Source: a virus
Taxonomy: Duplodnaviria; Caudoviricetes
Length of the DNA: 30,569 bases
Direction: 5' to 3' (one strand)
Virus record (IMG/VR): IMGVR_UViG_3300026123_000018
Coordinates: 1-30,569 of that record
Position 1 is the stretch's first letter. Every line of letters starts with the position of its first letter. Position numbers and translations under genes: made by a program. The notes under the pieces were generated by a model. That model worked only from the letters and a program-made list of their open reading frames with translations, did not search any database and had not been told where the DNA came from. Of the stretch, positions 18,578-27,269 are shown one piece after another.

Positions 18578-19054
18578 ATGAATATATATAATTACAATAA
18601 GCAAACAAAAGAATTTATCTTTGAAAACACGGCAAGAGAAAATCCTTTAGAAAAAGGAAAGTTTTTAATTCCAGCAGATTCCACTACGGTATCTCCTTTA
18701 GATAATAAGGATGGTTTTGCAGTATGTTTTAATGAAGAAAAAGAAAAATGGGAATACATAGAGGATAATAGAGGTATTTGGTACAACATCAGAGAAAAAG
18801 TTGAAATAACCCATCTTGGGCCAATAGATAATAAATTAACAAGAACGCCTGTTGAACTATCAGCTGATGAGGTTTTACAACAGGAATTAGATAATACAAT
18901 TATGAAATATAAACAATATTTAAATGATACTGATTTTTACATTATTAGAAAAATAGAAGAAGGAACTGACGTGCCGGAAGAAGTATCTAAACTTAGATTA
19001 ACTTATAAAGAATTTCTTAGATCAAACGACATATCTTTTAATAATACTATTTAA
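18578..19054 (+). CDS. Tail fibre assembly protein (Tfa-like)
   Basis: IYNY...TKEF, LIPADSTTVSP, WEYIEDNRG and YLNDTDFY..R. Confidence 0.8.
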   Translation: MNIYNYNKQTKEFIFENTARENPLEKGKFLIPADSTTVSPLDNKDGFAVCFNEEKEKWEYIEDNRGIWYNIREKVEITHLGPIDNKLTRTPVELSADEVLQQELDNTIMKYKQYLNDTDFYIIRKIEEGTDVPEEVSKLRLTYKEFLRSNDISFNNTI

Positions 19055-19062
19055 ATAAATAA

Positions 19063-19092
19063 GGTAATCTTGCATTAAATTACAGGATTACC
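19063..19092. terminator. Stem-loop at the boundary between the structural block and nrd genes (possible terminator)
   Basis: ggtaatcttg ... caggattacc forms a 10-bp stem with one G-U pair; there is no U-tract on the + strand. Confidence 0.35.
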
Positions 19093-19166
19093 AAAACTAC
19101 TTATCAAATTAATCTTTTTTTAATAATAAATATAATATAATAAAACAATTAAAATAAAGGAATTTA

Positions 19167-20276
19167 ATGAATGACACATATATTTTAAACACAAATAATT
19201 TAGTCCCTGAAAAATCAAAAGAAAAAATATTTTTTGGTGAATATTCAGGATTCCAAAGATACGACAATCCTACTTATTCTTTTGCTGTAGATATTGAAGA
19301 AAGACAAAGAAACGCGTTTTGGAATCCAAATGAAATCTCCATGTCAACAGACGCTCAAAAATTCTTTGAATTACCTGAATTCATTCAAGAAATAATGATT
19401 AGAATTTGGTTATTCCAAACTCTTATGGACTCAGGGCAAAATAAAGGGTTAGAAGAAGTTATTGCTGAACTTTGTACAAATCCAGAATTTGAAGCAATGT
19501 TTAAAACTTGGGGATATTTTGAACTTATCCATAGTTTATCATATTCACATTTACTTAGAGGTATATTTTCGGATGCTTCAGTTATCTTTGATAGAATTAA
19601 AGACTATCCTGAAATTCAAAAGAGAATAGATAAAGAAGTCGAACTATATTCTAGAGTTAAAAGAATAAATGAACTTGAAACTTTAGAAGAAAAGAAAAAA
19701 TTAGTACTTGAATTATTAGTTAACATTTTTGCATTAGAAGGTATTAAATTTTATATTTCTTTTTTAGTAACTTATATTATTAATAATGCTTATAATAATA
19801 AAATTACTGGTGCAACTAGAATTATTAAATTAATTAACTTTGATGAAGATTTACATACTACTATGGGTAATGGTACAATTAACATTTTAAAGAAAGAATC
19901 TACAGAAGGTTTCAAAGAAATTATGGAATCGCAATGGTATAAAGACATGGTTAAATCTACACTTATGAAAGTATATGAAGATGAAAAATCATGGGCTACA
20001 TACTTAAGAAGTATTGGTAACATTCCAGGGTTAACTGAAAAAGTAGTTGACCAATTCTTAATGTACTATGTAGATATGAGATCTGTTCAAATTGGTGAAG
20101 AAAAGATTTTTAATCAAGAAAAAACAGATGTTGTTCAATGGTTTGAGAATTACAAAGATTTAAATAAGGACAATGCTGCACTACAAGAATCTGATTTAGC
20201 AGTATATAGTATTGGTATTATGAAAAATGATGTCCCTGATGGGATTATTGAATTTGATTTTAAAGCAAAGGTTTAA
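19167..20276 (+). CDS. nrdB: Ribonucleotide reductase class Ia beta subunit
   Basis: FWNPNEI, QTLMDS, FELIHSLSY (ExxH plus radical Tyr), LEGIKFY and DEDLH. Confidence 0.95.
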   Translation: MNDTYILNTNNLVPEKSKEKIFFGEYSGFQRYDNPTYSFAVDIEERQRNAFWNPNEISMSTDAQKFFELPEFIQEIMIRIWLFQTLMDSGQNKGLEEVIAELCTNPEFEAMFKTWGYFELIHSLSYSHLLRGIFSDASVIFDRIKDYPEIQKRIDKEVELYSRVKRINELETLEEKKKLVLELLVNIFALEGIKFYISFLVTYIINNAYNNKITGATRIIKLINFDEDLHTTMGNGTINILKKESTEGFKEIMESQWYKDMVKSTLMKVYEDEKSWATYLRSIGNIPGLTEKVVDQFLMYYVDMRSVQIGEEKIFNQEKTDVVQWFENYKDLNKDNAALQESDLAVYSIGIMKNDVPDGIIEFDFKAKV

Positions 20277-20279
20277 TGA

Positions 20280-22628
20280 ATGGCTAAAAAGAATAAAGCA
20301 AAAAGATACAATAAATCATCAATACAAAATTTATCAGCAGCAATCACTGCTGGTGAAAAGGTAAATGTTTCCAACCAAGATTCGGTTAAAAGAATTACGG
20401 TTATTAAAAGAGATGGTAGAAAAGAGTTATTTAAACCTGAAAAAATGAGAAACGCATGTATGTGGGCGTGTGAAAACAAAGATTTTATGGCTGATGAATT
20501 AATTAGAGATACAGAAATAAAACTACATAAAGAAATTCATATCAAAGATATGTTTCAACAATTGATTGTTACAGCAGTTAATAAAATAAGCATGTTACAA
20601 CCAATGTGGGAAGATGTATCAGCTAAATTACAATTAATGTCTATTTACAAAGAAACATATAATATTAGTACAACATCAGAATACCCACATATTAAAGATA
20701 TCTTACATAAAGGTATTGAACATAAAATTTATAATAAACAAACGTTTAATTCATATACAGATGAAGAACTTGAAGAAATAAACAATGCAATAAAACCTGA
20801 AAGAGATTTAATCTTTAACTATAAAGGTTTAGTTACAATGTTTGATAAGTACTGTTTAAATTATTCTAAAACTAAAAAATTAGAACTACCTCAACATGCG
20901 TATATGAGAGTCGCCTTAGCATTAATGGTTAATGAAGAAGATAGAGTTAAAAGAGTTATTGAGGAATATGACGCGATTTCTACACATGATTATACAGTAG
21001 CGACTCCTATTATGTTAAATTCTTTAACACCAGGACAACAATTAAGTTCTTGTGTATTAAATACTGTTGATGATGATTCACATTCTATTTTAGATACAGG
21101 TAAAAACTTAGGAATTTATTCTAAATTTAAAGGTGGTACTGCTTTAGATATTTCAGCAATGAGAGCTAAAGGCGGTTATATTGAAGGCACTCAAGGTTAT
21201 TCAAGTGGACCAGTACCATTTATGAAATATTTTGAGAGTATCATGAAAGCTTGGAATCAAGGTGGTAAAAGACCTGGTGCATTAGCAATATATTTCAATT
21301 GGTGGCACTTAGATGTACAAGATATTCTTTCATTAAAATCAAACGGTGGTACAGATGAAAATAGAGCAAGAGGTTTACAATATGCTATCAAATTAAATAG
21401 ATTTTTTGAACAAGCTTTTATCAATGATGATGATGTTACATTATTTGACCCAAAAGATGTACCGGATTTACTCGGTAAAGTTGGTGAAGAATTTGAAACA
21501 ATTTACAACAGATATTTAAATAAAACAACTGTTAGAAGAAAAGTTATTAAGGCTAGAGAACTTTGGAAAAAGATTTTTAAAGAAAGATCTGAAACTGGTA
21601 ATATTTACTTATTTCATGAAGAAAACGTAAATGAAACAACAATGCTTAATAGATATATTGGTAGTTCAAACTTGTGTACGGAAATAGTACTCCCAAGTAG
21701 AGCAAGTAAAACCATCAGCGAAGAATTGGTAACAATGGAGGCTGGTGAGAAAAGAATTGTTAAAAGATATGAAGCTGGAGAAATTGCGTTATGTAATTTA
21801 AGTTCAATCAATGCTGAAAAGTGGTTCTATAAAAATGAAGAAGAAAAATGGAAACTTATTAGAACAATGGTAAGAGCTTTAGATAATACTGTTGATTTAG
21901 CAAATTATCCTGTTAAAGAAGGTAAAAATTCTAACTTAATGTATAGATATTTAGGTATTGGTATTTTAAATCAAACAAATTATCTTGCGCTAAAAGGTAT
22001 TGTAATTGATTCACAGGAATCTGCTGAAGAACAAGATAGGTTATGGGATGAAATTAGTTATATGTTAATTACGGCATCTGTTGAATTAGCAATTGAAAAA
22101 GGTAAATTCGAAAAGTTCCATGAAACAGAATGGTCTAAAGGAATTTTACCAATTCATAAAGCAAATAAAAATGCGTTTGAATTAACTGAATATGAACCAG
22201 ACTGGGAAAGATGGAATGAATTAGCTGATAAAGTAAAAAGATATGGTATTAGGAATGCACAGTTAATGGCAATCGCTCCTACAGCTTGTCAAACTAAAGA
22301 TGGCGACATTCAAACAGAAGAAGGTGTTAAAACACTTGAACAAATTATGAATGAACAAAATATTAATCATAATGAAATAGAAGAAAATGGTATACAAGGT
22401 TGGTATGAATTTAACACAAAACAAGTAATCCCGACAAGATTTGGTAATAAAGAAGTTTCAAGAATATGGTATAATGGTAGAGTACCAACAAAGAAAATTA
22501 CACTTGAAGATGGTAACACATATGAGTTTTCGTTAAATCATAGACTATTAGTTAGATTTGAAGATGGTTCTGAAGATTGGGTATATGTGAATGATTTGAA
22601 AGAAAATATGGAAATTGTTAATATCTGA
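20280..22628 (+). CDS. nrdA: Ribonucleotide reductase alpha subunit N-part (669 aa) fused to split-intein N-half (113 aa)
   Basis: ATP-cone (VIKRDGRKE), ATPI, LSSC, QGGKRPGA, SNLCTEI and ALCNL; NrdA homology ends at IAPTA, followed by an intein beginning with Cys. Confidence 0.93.
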   Translation: MAKKNKAKRYNKSSIQNLSAAITAGEKVNVSNQDSVKRITVIKRDGRKELFKPEKMRNACMWACENKDFMADELIRDTEIKLHKEIHIKDMFQQLIVTAVNKISMLQPMWEDVSAKLQLMSIYKETYNISTTSEYPHIKDILHKGIEHKIYNKQTFNSYTDEELEEINNAIKPERDLIFNYKGLVTMFDKYCLNYSKTKKLELPQHAYMRVALALMVNEEDRVKRVIEEYDAISTHDYTVATPIMLNSLTPGQQLSSCVLNTVDDDSHSILDTGKNLGIYSKFKGGTALDISAMRAKGGYIEGTQGYSSGPVPFMKYFESIMKAWNQGGKRPGALAIYFNWWHLDVQDILSLKSNGGTDENRARGLQYAIKLNRFFEQAFINDDDVTLFDPKDVPDLLGKVGEEFETIYNRYLNKTTVRRKVIKARELWKKIFKERSETGNIYLFHEENVNETTMLNRYIGSSNLCTEIVLPSRASKTISEELVTMEAGEKRIVKRYEAGEIALCNLSSINAEKWFYKNEEEKWKLIRTMVRALDNTVDLANYPVKEGKNSNLMYRYLGIGILNQTNYLALKGIVIDSQESAEEQDRLWDEISYMLITASVELAIEKGKFEKFHETEWSKGILPIHKANKNAFELTEYEPDWERWNELADKVKRYGIRNAQLMAIAPTACQTKDGDIQTEEGVKTLEQIMNEQNINHNEIEENGIQGWYEFNTKQVIPTRFGNKEVSRIWYNGRVPTKKITLEDGNTYEFSLNHRLLVRFEDGSEDWVYVNDLKENMEIVNI
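22287..22625 (+). mobile_element. Split intein N-half (IntN)
   Basis: Block A CQTKDGDIQTEEGVKTL, block B ITLEDG.TYEFSLNHRLLV, then WVYVNDLKENMEIV and a stop. Confidence 0.88.
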
Positions 22629-22643
22629 CGTAGTAGGTGGTAA

Positions 22644-22672
22644 TTTATACATATAATAAATATATGTATAAA
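22644..22672 (+). promoter_or_regulatory. 12-bp perfect hairpin abutting the endonuclease RBS, with promoter-like motifs over the loop
   Basis: tttatacatata-ataaa-tatatgtataaa, followed by gga and ATG 22682. Confidence 0.65.
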
Positions 22673-22681
22673 GGACCGTAT

Positions 22682-23638
22682 ATGAAGAAAAAGAGAAGAA
22701 GCCCATATAATATTGAAAATGTAATGGAACGAGACAATTGTACAAGAGAAGTTGCTATTGAAACAATAAATGAATTAAAATCGAGAACATCTGGATCTAA
22801 AGGTTCGTTTATTAAGAGATATGGTAAAGAATTAGGCGAACAACAGTATAAAGAATTTTGTGAAAAGTCTGCTATTACAAAAGAAAAATTCCAATCTAAA
22901 TATGGTGATAAATGGGAACAAAAATGGAACGAGTATCTACAAACAAAAGATAGTATGTCACTAGAATTTCATATAAAAAAATATGGTAAAGATATTGGAA
23001 AACAAAAGTATAATGAAAGAAAACAATCTGTTATTCAAACACTTGATAATATGATAAAAAGATATGGTAAAGATATTGGGACACAGAAGTATAGCGAAAT
23101 GATAGAGAAAAGAAGTTATTCTTGTACTAAAGAAGGTCTTATAGAAAAGTTCGGTGAAGATAAAGCATTAGAAATATGTAAAAGCAGAATAAACAGAGGT
23201 GAAGATAACGGTATGTTTGGTAGACCATCGCCGGAAGGGTCAGGTAATGGGTGGTCTGGGTGGTATAAAGGTAAACATTTTAGAAGTTTATTAGAATTAT
23301 CTTATATGATTTATTTGAGTGAGAACAATATTGATTATAAAACAGCCGAAACTAAAGAATATGAAGTAATATATGAGTATAATAATGGTAAAATAACATA
23401 TAGGCCTGATTTTATAGTAGATGAAAAAATTATAGAAATTAAACCGTCAAATTTAGTCAATACTGAAATTAATAAGATAAAATTTATTGAAGCAAAAAAT
23501 ATTTTTGGGAAAAACTTTAAAGTACTTACAGAAAAAGATTTTCCTCAACTAAGAGACATAACAAAATTCATAGAAAATGGAGATGTTAAATTAATGGATA
23601 GATATCAAAGGAGATATGATGAAAATTACAAAAATTGA
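22682..23638 (+). CDS. Free-standing putative homing endonuclease (KYG repeats, NUMOD3-like motif, PD-(D/E)XK domain)
   Basis: About five K(R/K)YGK..G repeats, GEDNGMFGR, FRSLLE and YRPDF...IIEIKP. ATG 22682 has an AAAGGA RBS; the ORF is open from 22637. Confidence 0.8.
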   Translation: MKKKRRSPYNIENVMERDNCTREVAIETINELKSRTSGSKGSFIKRYGKELGEQQYKEFCEKSAITKEKFQSKYGDKWEQKWNEYLQTKDSMSLEFHIKKYGKDIGKQKYNERKQSVIQTLDNMIKRYGKDIGTQKYSEMIEKRSYSCTKEGLIEKFGEDKALEICKSRINRGEDNGMFGRPSPEGSGNGWSGWYKGKHFRSLLELSYMIYLSENNIDYKTAETKEYEVIYEYNNGKITYRPDFIVDEKIIEIKPSNLVNTEINKIKFIEAKNIFGKNFKVLTEKDFPQLRDITKFIENGDVKLMDRYQRRYDENYKN

Positions 23639-23720
23639 AGAAAGTTATTCACATACATGGGATATAGAAGTACCAGAAGTACACGAATATATTTTAGGTA
23701 ATGGTTGTGTTAGTCACAAT
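23616..23720 (+). mobile_element. Split intein C-half (IntC, 34-35 aa)
   Basis: MKITKIEE, block F TWDIEV..VHEYI, block G NGCVSHN, followed by Thr+1. Confidence 0.92.
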
Positions 23721-24071
23721 ACCTCAGGTAAAGCAGTTAATGCTATTGAAAGTACTGAACCAATACATGACTTTTTCTATAAAGAAGAAGGTACATTAAC
23801 TATTCCAACCGTTGTACCAAACTTTAGAAAAAATAATCAGTATTATAAAAGATCTTTTGAATGTGATCAATATGCTTTAATTAAAAATGCATGTGTTAGA
23901 CAAAAATGGATTGACCAAGCACAATCTGTTAATGTTTATATTTCTAAACCAGATTCATTGATGGAGATGGCTAAATTACATATGTATGGATTCCATTATG
24001 GACAAAAAACGTTTTATTATTTAAAACAACAAAAACAATCAGATGATTATACTTGTGAATCATGTACTTAA
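23616..24071 (+). CDS. nrdA: Split-intein C-half fused to ribonucleotide reductase alpha C-part (116 aa)
   Basis: Own AAGGAG RBS (start 23616 or 23619); after HN comes TSGK...EP, QKWIDQAQSVN, GQKTFYY and terminal CESCT. Confidence 0.93.
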   Translation: MMKITKIEESYSHTWDIEVPEVHEYILGNGCVSHNTSGKAVNAIESTEPIHDFFYKEEGTLTIPTVVPNFRKNNQYYKRSFECDQYALIKNACVRQKWIDQAQSVNVYISKPDSLMEMAKLHMYGFHYGQKTFYYLKQQKQSDDYTCESCT

Positions 24072-24081
24072 TTGTGCATGA

Positions 24082-24114
24082 TTTAATATTAGTTTAATAA
24101 TATTTTGATATAAT
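24082..24114 (+). promoter_or_regulatory. Host sigma70-type extended -10 promoter (TGATATAAT) with upstream TTTAA tracts
   Basis: TGATATAAT at 24106-24114; the same motif occurs at 24374 and 28153. Confidence 0.6.
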
Positions 24115-24143
24115 ATAATATATAAAATAAAAAGGAGATATAA

Positions 24144-24353
24144 ATGATTCATAATGTACAAAAAACAGGTGAAAATAAATTTTTAATTAATGATTCTGTT
24201 CTAATTAATGATTTGTCTATTAATGAAGATGGTAATGTTGTTTACGATATTGGTTATAAAGAATCTGATTTGACTGAATCTGAAGCAGTTGAATTAGCAG
24301 AAGAATTTTTAAAAAATGCAATTGATAGTTTTATTAAAGCAAAAGAAAGTTAA
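24144..24353 (+). CDS. Hypothetical protein
   Basis: 69 aa, with an AAGGAG RBS. Confidence 0.7.
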   Translation: MIHNVQKTGENKFLINDSVLINDLSINEDGNVVYDIGYKESDLTESEAVELAEEFLKNAIDSFIKAKES

Positions 24354-24382
24354 ACTTGTTTTAATATAAAAAATGATATAAT
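24352..24382 (+). promoter_or_regulatory. Sigma70-type extended -10 promoter
   Basis: aaacttgttttaa...TGATATAAT matches the layout at 28131-28161. Confidence 0.6.
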
Positions 24383-24411
24383 ATAATATATAAACAAAAG
24401 AAGGAAAGAAA

Positions 24412-24885
24412 ATGTTTTTAGACAGTAATTACGTATTAGGAAATGAATTAGTTCAAAAGATGGATATCCATATAGCAAATGTATCAATGGTTGCAAGAAA
24501 TTTGGAAAAAGTTGGTAACTATGAGGATATTGTTAAATTAGGAAATTGTACTTTTATTAATAAAAAATCATTATTTTTACCAAAAAATATTGTAAGAGGT
24601 ATTATTACAAACGATTTCACACCAATGTATAATAAATTACCGTGTACTTATGTACATCAAGAGTTCCAAACATCGCAATCAAAATTACTAAATTCAAACT
24701 TTATAAAGGGTATTGTTGAAGTATCTGGTAAAAAATTCTATGAATTTGAAGATAAATTTATTGAAGACATTCACGAGAAAGTACTAAATATTTTAGATAG
24801 AGAAGATGCATTAGATTGTTTTGATAATGGTGATATTCTTGGTTATGTTGAATTGTCTAAAAACAAATTCTTAACTTGGTATTAA
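24412..24885 (+). CDS. Hypothetical protein
   Basis: 157 aa, with an AAGGA RBS. Confidence 0.7.
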   Translation: MFLDSNYVLGNELVQKMDIHIANVSMVARNLEKVGNYEDIVKLGNCTFINKKSLFLPKNIVRGIITNDFTPMYNKLPCTYVHQEFQTSQSKLLNSNFIKGIVEVSGKKFYEFEDKFIEDIHEKVLNILDREDALDCFDNGDILGYVELSKNKFLTWY

Positions 24886-24897
24886 AAGGAAAAAAAC

Positions 24898-25086
24898 ATG
24901 GCAACTTACGAATACAAATGTATTAAGGCGGAATGTAAAGAGTTTAATAATATTAAAACAATTAATATTCCTATAAATGAATATAATGAAAATAAATTAC
25001 CAAGATGCAAAACATGTGGTAAACCAACTGTTAGAAATTATACAGTATTTGGACATCAGACTTTTGGTGATGGGTATAAAGGATAA
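24898..25086 (+). CDS. FmdB-like zinc ribbon protein
   Basis: MATYEYKC...C and PRCKTCG, ending F..GY. Confidence 0.8.
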   Translation: MATYEYKCIKAECKEFNNIKTINIPINEYNENKLPRCKTCGKPTVRNYTVFGHQTFGDGYKG

Positions 25087-25088
25087 AT

Positions 25089-25652
25089 TTGACACAAATA
25101 ATATTAATTAATGGTAAAAAAAGATCAGGTAAAGATTATACGGCATCGGTTTTACAAGAAGAATTATATAAAAATAAGAAAACATCGGAAACATTATCAT
25201 TTGCAGGCCCTATTAAAGATATTATTGCTGAGTCGTTTAGAATAAGTCATGAAGATTTAGACAATTTTAAGAATGATGAAGAATCTATCATTGTTAGAAA
25301 AGATGGTATGCAAACAGTATTAACGGACTTCAGAAAGATATTACAAAATTTTGGTACCGAAGCAATGAAAAAGTATTTTGGTGATGATGTATGGGTTAAA
25401 TTGTTATTAGAAAAAGCAAATAAATCATTTGTTGATTATGTCATTGTTACTGATTTTAGATTCCCTGAAGAATACATTAATGAAGCTATTACAATCAGAA
25501 TTAAAAATTCTGATGTAGATTATAGTAAAGATCCTCATTTATCTGAAACATCTTTGAATGATTTTGTATTTGATCATACAATCGATAATACTGGATATAG
25601 AGATATCTCAAGCGATATATCTGAATTGGTTAATAAAATTATTAAACCCTAA
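25089..25652 (+). CDS. Deoxynucleoside monophosphate kinase (T4 gp1-like)
   Basis: GKKRSGKD P-loop, SFAGPIK, RKILQNFGTE, VTDFRFPEE and HLSE; TTG start. Confidence 0.88.
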   Translation: MTQIILINGKKRSGKDYTASVLQEELYKNKKTSETLSFAGPIKDIIAESFRISHEDLDNFKNDEESIIVRKDGMQTVLTDFRKILQNFGTEAMKKYFGDDVWVKLLLEKANKSFVDYVIVTDFRFPEEYINEAITIRIKNSDVDYSKDPHLSETSLNDFVFDHTIDNTGYRDISSDISELVNKIIKP

Positions 25653-26127
25653 TTGTTGGTAAATTTATATCTTCAATTTCGTAATAATCAAACTTAACTT
25701 CAACTGATAGTGTTTGTTCTGTAGCATCATCAGTGGTATCAAGATTTATATCACCGATGCTCTCAATTCTACAATTAGTAAAGTTAAATTTTAAAATTTT
25801 GTTTCCTTTATTATTGTTTAATTGCACCCAAAAATCAAAATCAATATTTGCGAAAGAAGCATTTTCTATTGATATATTTTCTTTAATTTTTTTCATGAAT
25901 TCTTTGTATACATTAAAGTCTTCATCTATTAAAAATTCAAATGATAAGTTATTGTATGTAAGAGTATCTCCAGTTAAATTTAATTTAGCAGATCCTCTAC
26001 TTCCAACATCTGGGTGATTGAAATTTATACCAGGTATATTTAATGTTGTCAAATAAAATTGTATGTTTTCAAATTTATTTGATCCTGCAACCCAGTTAGT
26101 TTTTTGAGCAAAATTATTATAATTCAC
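25642..26127 (-). CDS. gp3: Tail completion / tube terminator, T4 gp3-like
   Basis: FYLTTLNIPGI, GDTLTYNNLSFEFLIDED and F.NC...SIGDI; GTG start at 26127 with an AAGGAG RBS; adjacent to dNMP kinase as in T4. Confidence 0.8.
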   Translation of the reverse strand: MNYNNFAQKTNWVAGSNKFENIQFYLTTLNIPGINFNHPDVGSRGSAKLNLTGDTLTYNNLSFEFLIDEDFNVYKEFMKKIKENISIENASFANIDFDFWVQLNNNKGNKILKFNFTNCRIESIGDINLDTTDDATEQTLSVEVKFDYYEIEDINLPTIRV

Positions 26128-26159
26128 TAAAAATCTCCTTTTTTTAAATAACTTTTTTA

Positions 26160-26172
26160 TATAATATTTATA
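26160..26172. promoter_or_regulatory. Overlapping divergent promoters: + strand TATAAT (gp55) and - strand TATAAATA (gp3)
   Basis: 13-mer TATAATATTTATA in the gp3/gp55 intergenic region. Confidence 0.55.
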
Positions 26173-26192
26173 TAAAGATAAAGGCAAATCAA

Positions 26193-26999
26193 ATGGAAAA
26201 ATTAAAAAAACGTCAAAAACACAATTATACCAGCGAGTTAGAATTAAAATCTTTACTCATAAGAGTAAAAAATAATAAAAATAACGTAGGTACAGAAAAA
26301 TATAATTCTACAATAAATAGATATATTAAAACCCATACAAAAATAAATAATAAAAAATACACAAATCCACAAAAAAGAAATATAACAAAAGCTAAATTAA
26401 AAAAGAGAATTATTGAATTGTCCGAAATTACAAAGACAGATAAAGTTACATATGAAAGATTTGGAACGGTTATTTTATTAATGATTAAAAATATTCTAAA
26501 AAAACCACAATTCAGCGGGTACACATATAGGGATGATTTTTATTCAGACGCAGTACATAAAATATTAAAATATCTACATAATTTTGATCATACAATGATA
26601 AGTGAAAGAACTGAAACATTAGTAAATTCATTTGCATATATATCACAAATTATTCATAATAGTATCCTATTTATTATTAATACTAAAAAGAAAGAAAACG
26701 AACATCTCAAAAAACAAATCGGGTTTGAATCGTTAAATCATAATTTAAAATTATCTGATACTAATTGTAATGCAAGTACATACGAATATGAAAAGTACAT
26801 TATTAAAGAAATAATAGAATTAAAAACAATAAATACATCTTTATATGATGAAATTAAAAAAATTACTGATAACATAGATTTAGAAAAATTATATCAAATT
26901 AATGTGATATATCCTAAAGATTATGTGATTTCTTTTGAAGAATATAATAAACTAAAAAATATATTGAAATTAAAAATAAATATAATAAGGGAAAGATAA
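26193..26999 (+). CDS. gp55: Late transcription sigma factor, T4 gp55-like
   Basis: HNY....L, PQFSGYTYRDDFYSDAV...LKYLHNFD and FAYISQII.NS...I...KKE. Confidence 0.88.
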   Translation: MEKLKKRQKHNYTSELELKSLLIRVKNNKNNVGTEKYNSTINRYIKTHTKINNKKYTNPQKRNITKAKLKKRIIELSEITKTDKVTYERFGTVILLMIKNILKKPQFSGYTYRDDFYSDAVHKILKYLHNFDHTMISERTETLVNSFAYISQIIHNSILFIINTKKKENEHLKKQIGFESLNHNLKLSDTNCNASTYEYEKYIIKEIIELKTINTSLYDEIKKITDNIDLEKLYQINVIYPKDYVISFEEYNKLKNILKLKINIIRER

Positions 27000-27247
27000 T
27001 GGATTATAATATTGACGATTACCCACTTTTAATTAATAAAGTCATTAAATATATTGAAAAGGTCAAAAGAAAAGAAAAAAATATTTCAATGTCTGATATA
27101 ATTATTGATTTTAGTATCAAAAAAAATATAGATATTGATTTATTGGGTGATGCAATTAGCACGGATGCATATTTGAAATCTTATATTGAAAAAGATTGTG
27201 AAGTATTTAGAATATTCAGATCAAATATTAATAATGATGAATGGTGA
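26999..27247 (+). CDS. Probable late transcription coactivator, gp33-like
   Basis: 82 aa; IEKV..KE..SMSDIIIDF...NIDID.L...IS..LKSYIE pattern; TAATG-coupled to gp55. Confidence 0.6.
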   Translation: MDYNIDDYPLLINKVIKYIEKVKRKEKNISMSDIIIDFSIKKNIDIDLLGDAISTDAYLKSYIEKDCEVFRIFRSNINNDEW

Positions 27248-27269
27248 TAAAGTTTATAAAGGAGGAAAC

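Noticed and set aside
9902-19054. Invertase-driven shufflon of tail fibres
   Set aside because: All cassettes are on the same strand; no recombinase gene or inverted crossover sites were seen.
22629-23615. Group I intron in nrdA
   Set aside because: The endonuclease ORF fills almost the whole insert, leaving no room for a ribozyme core, and intein motifs plus a separate RBS explain the structure.
20280-24071. nrdA pseudogene or frameshift error
   Set aside because: All catalytic motifs are intact and the break points coincide exactly with canonical intein termini.
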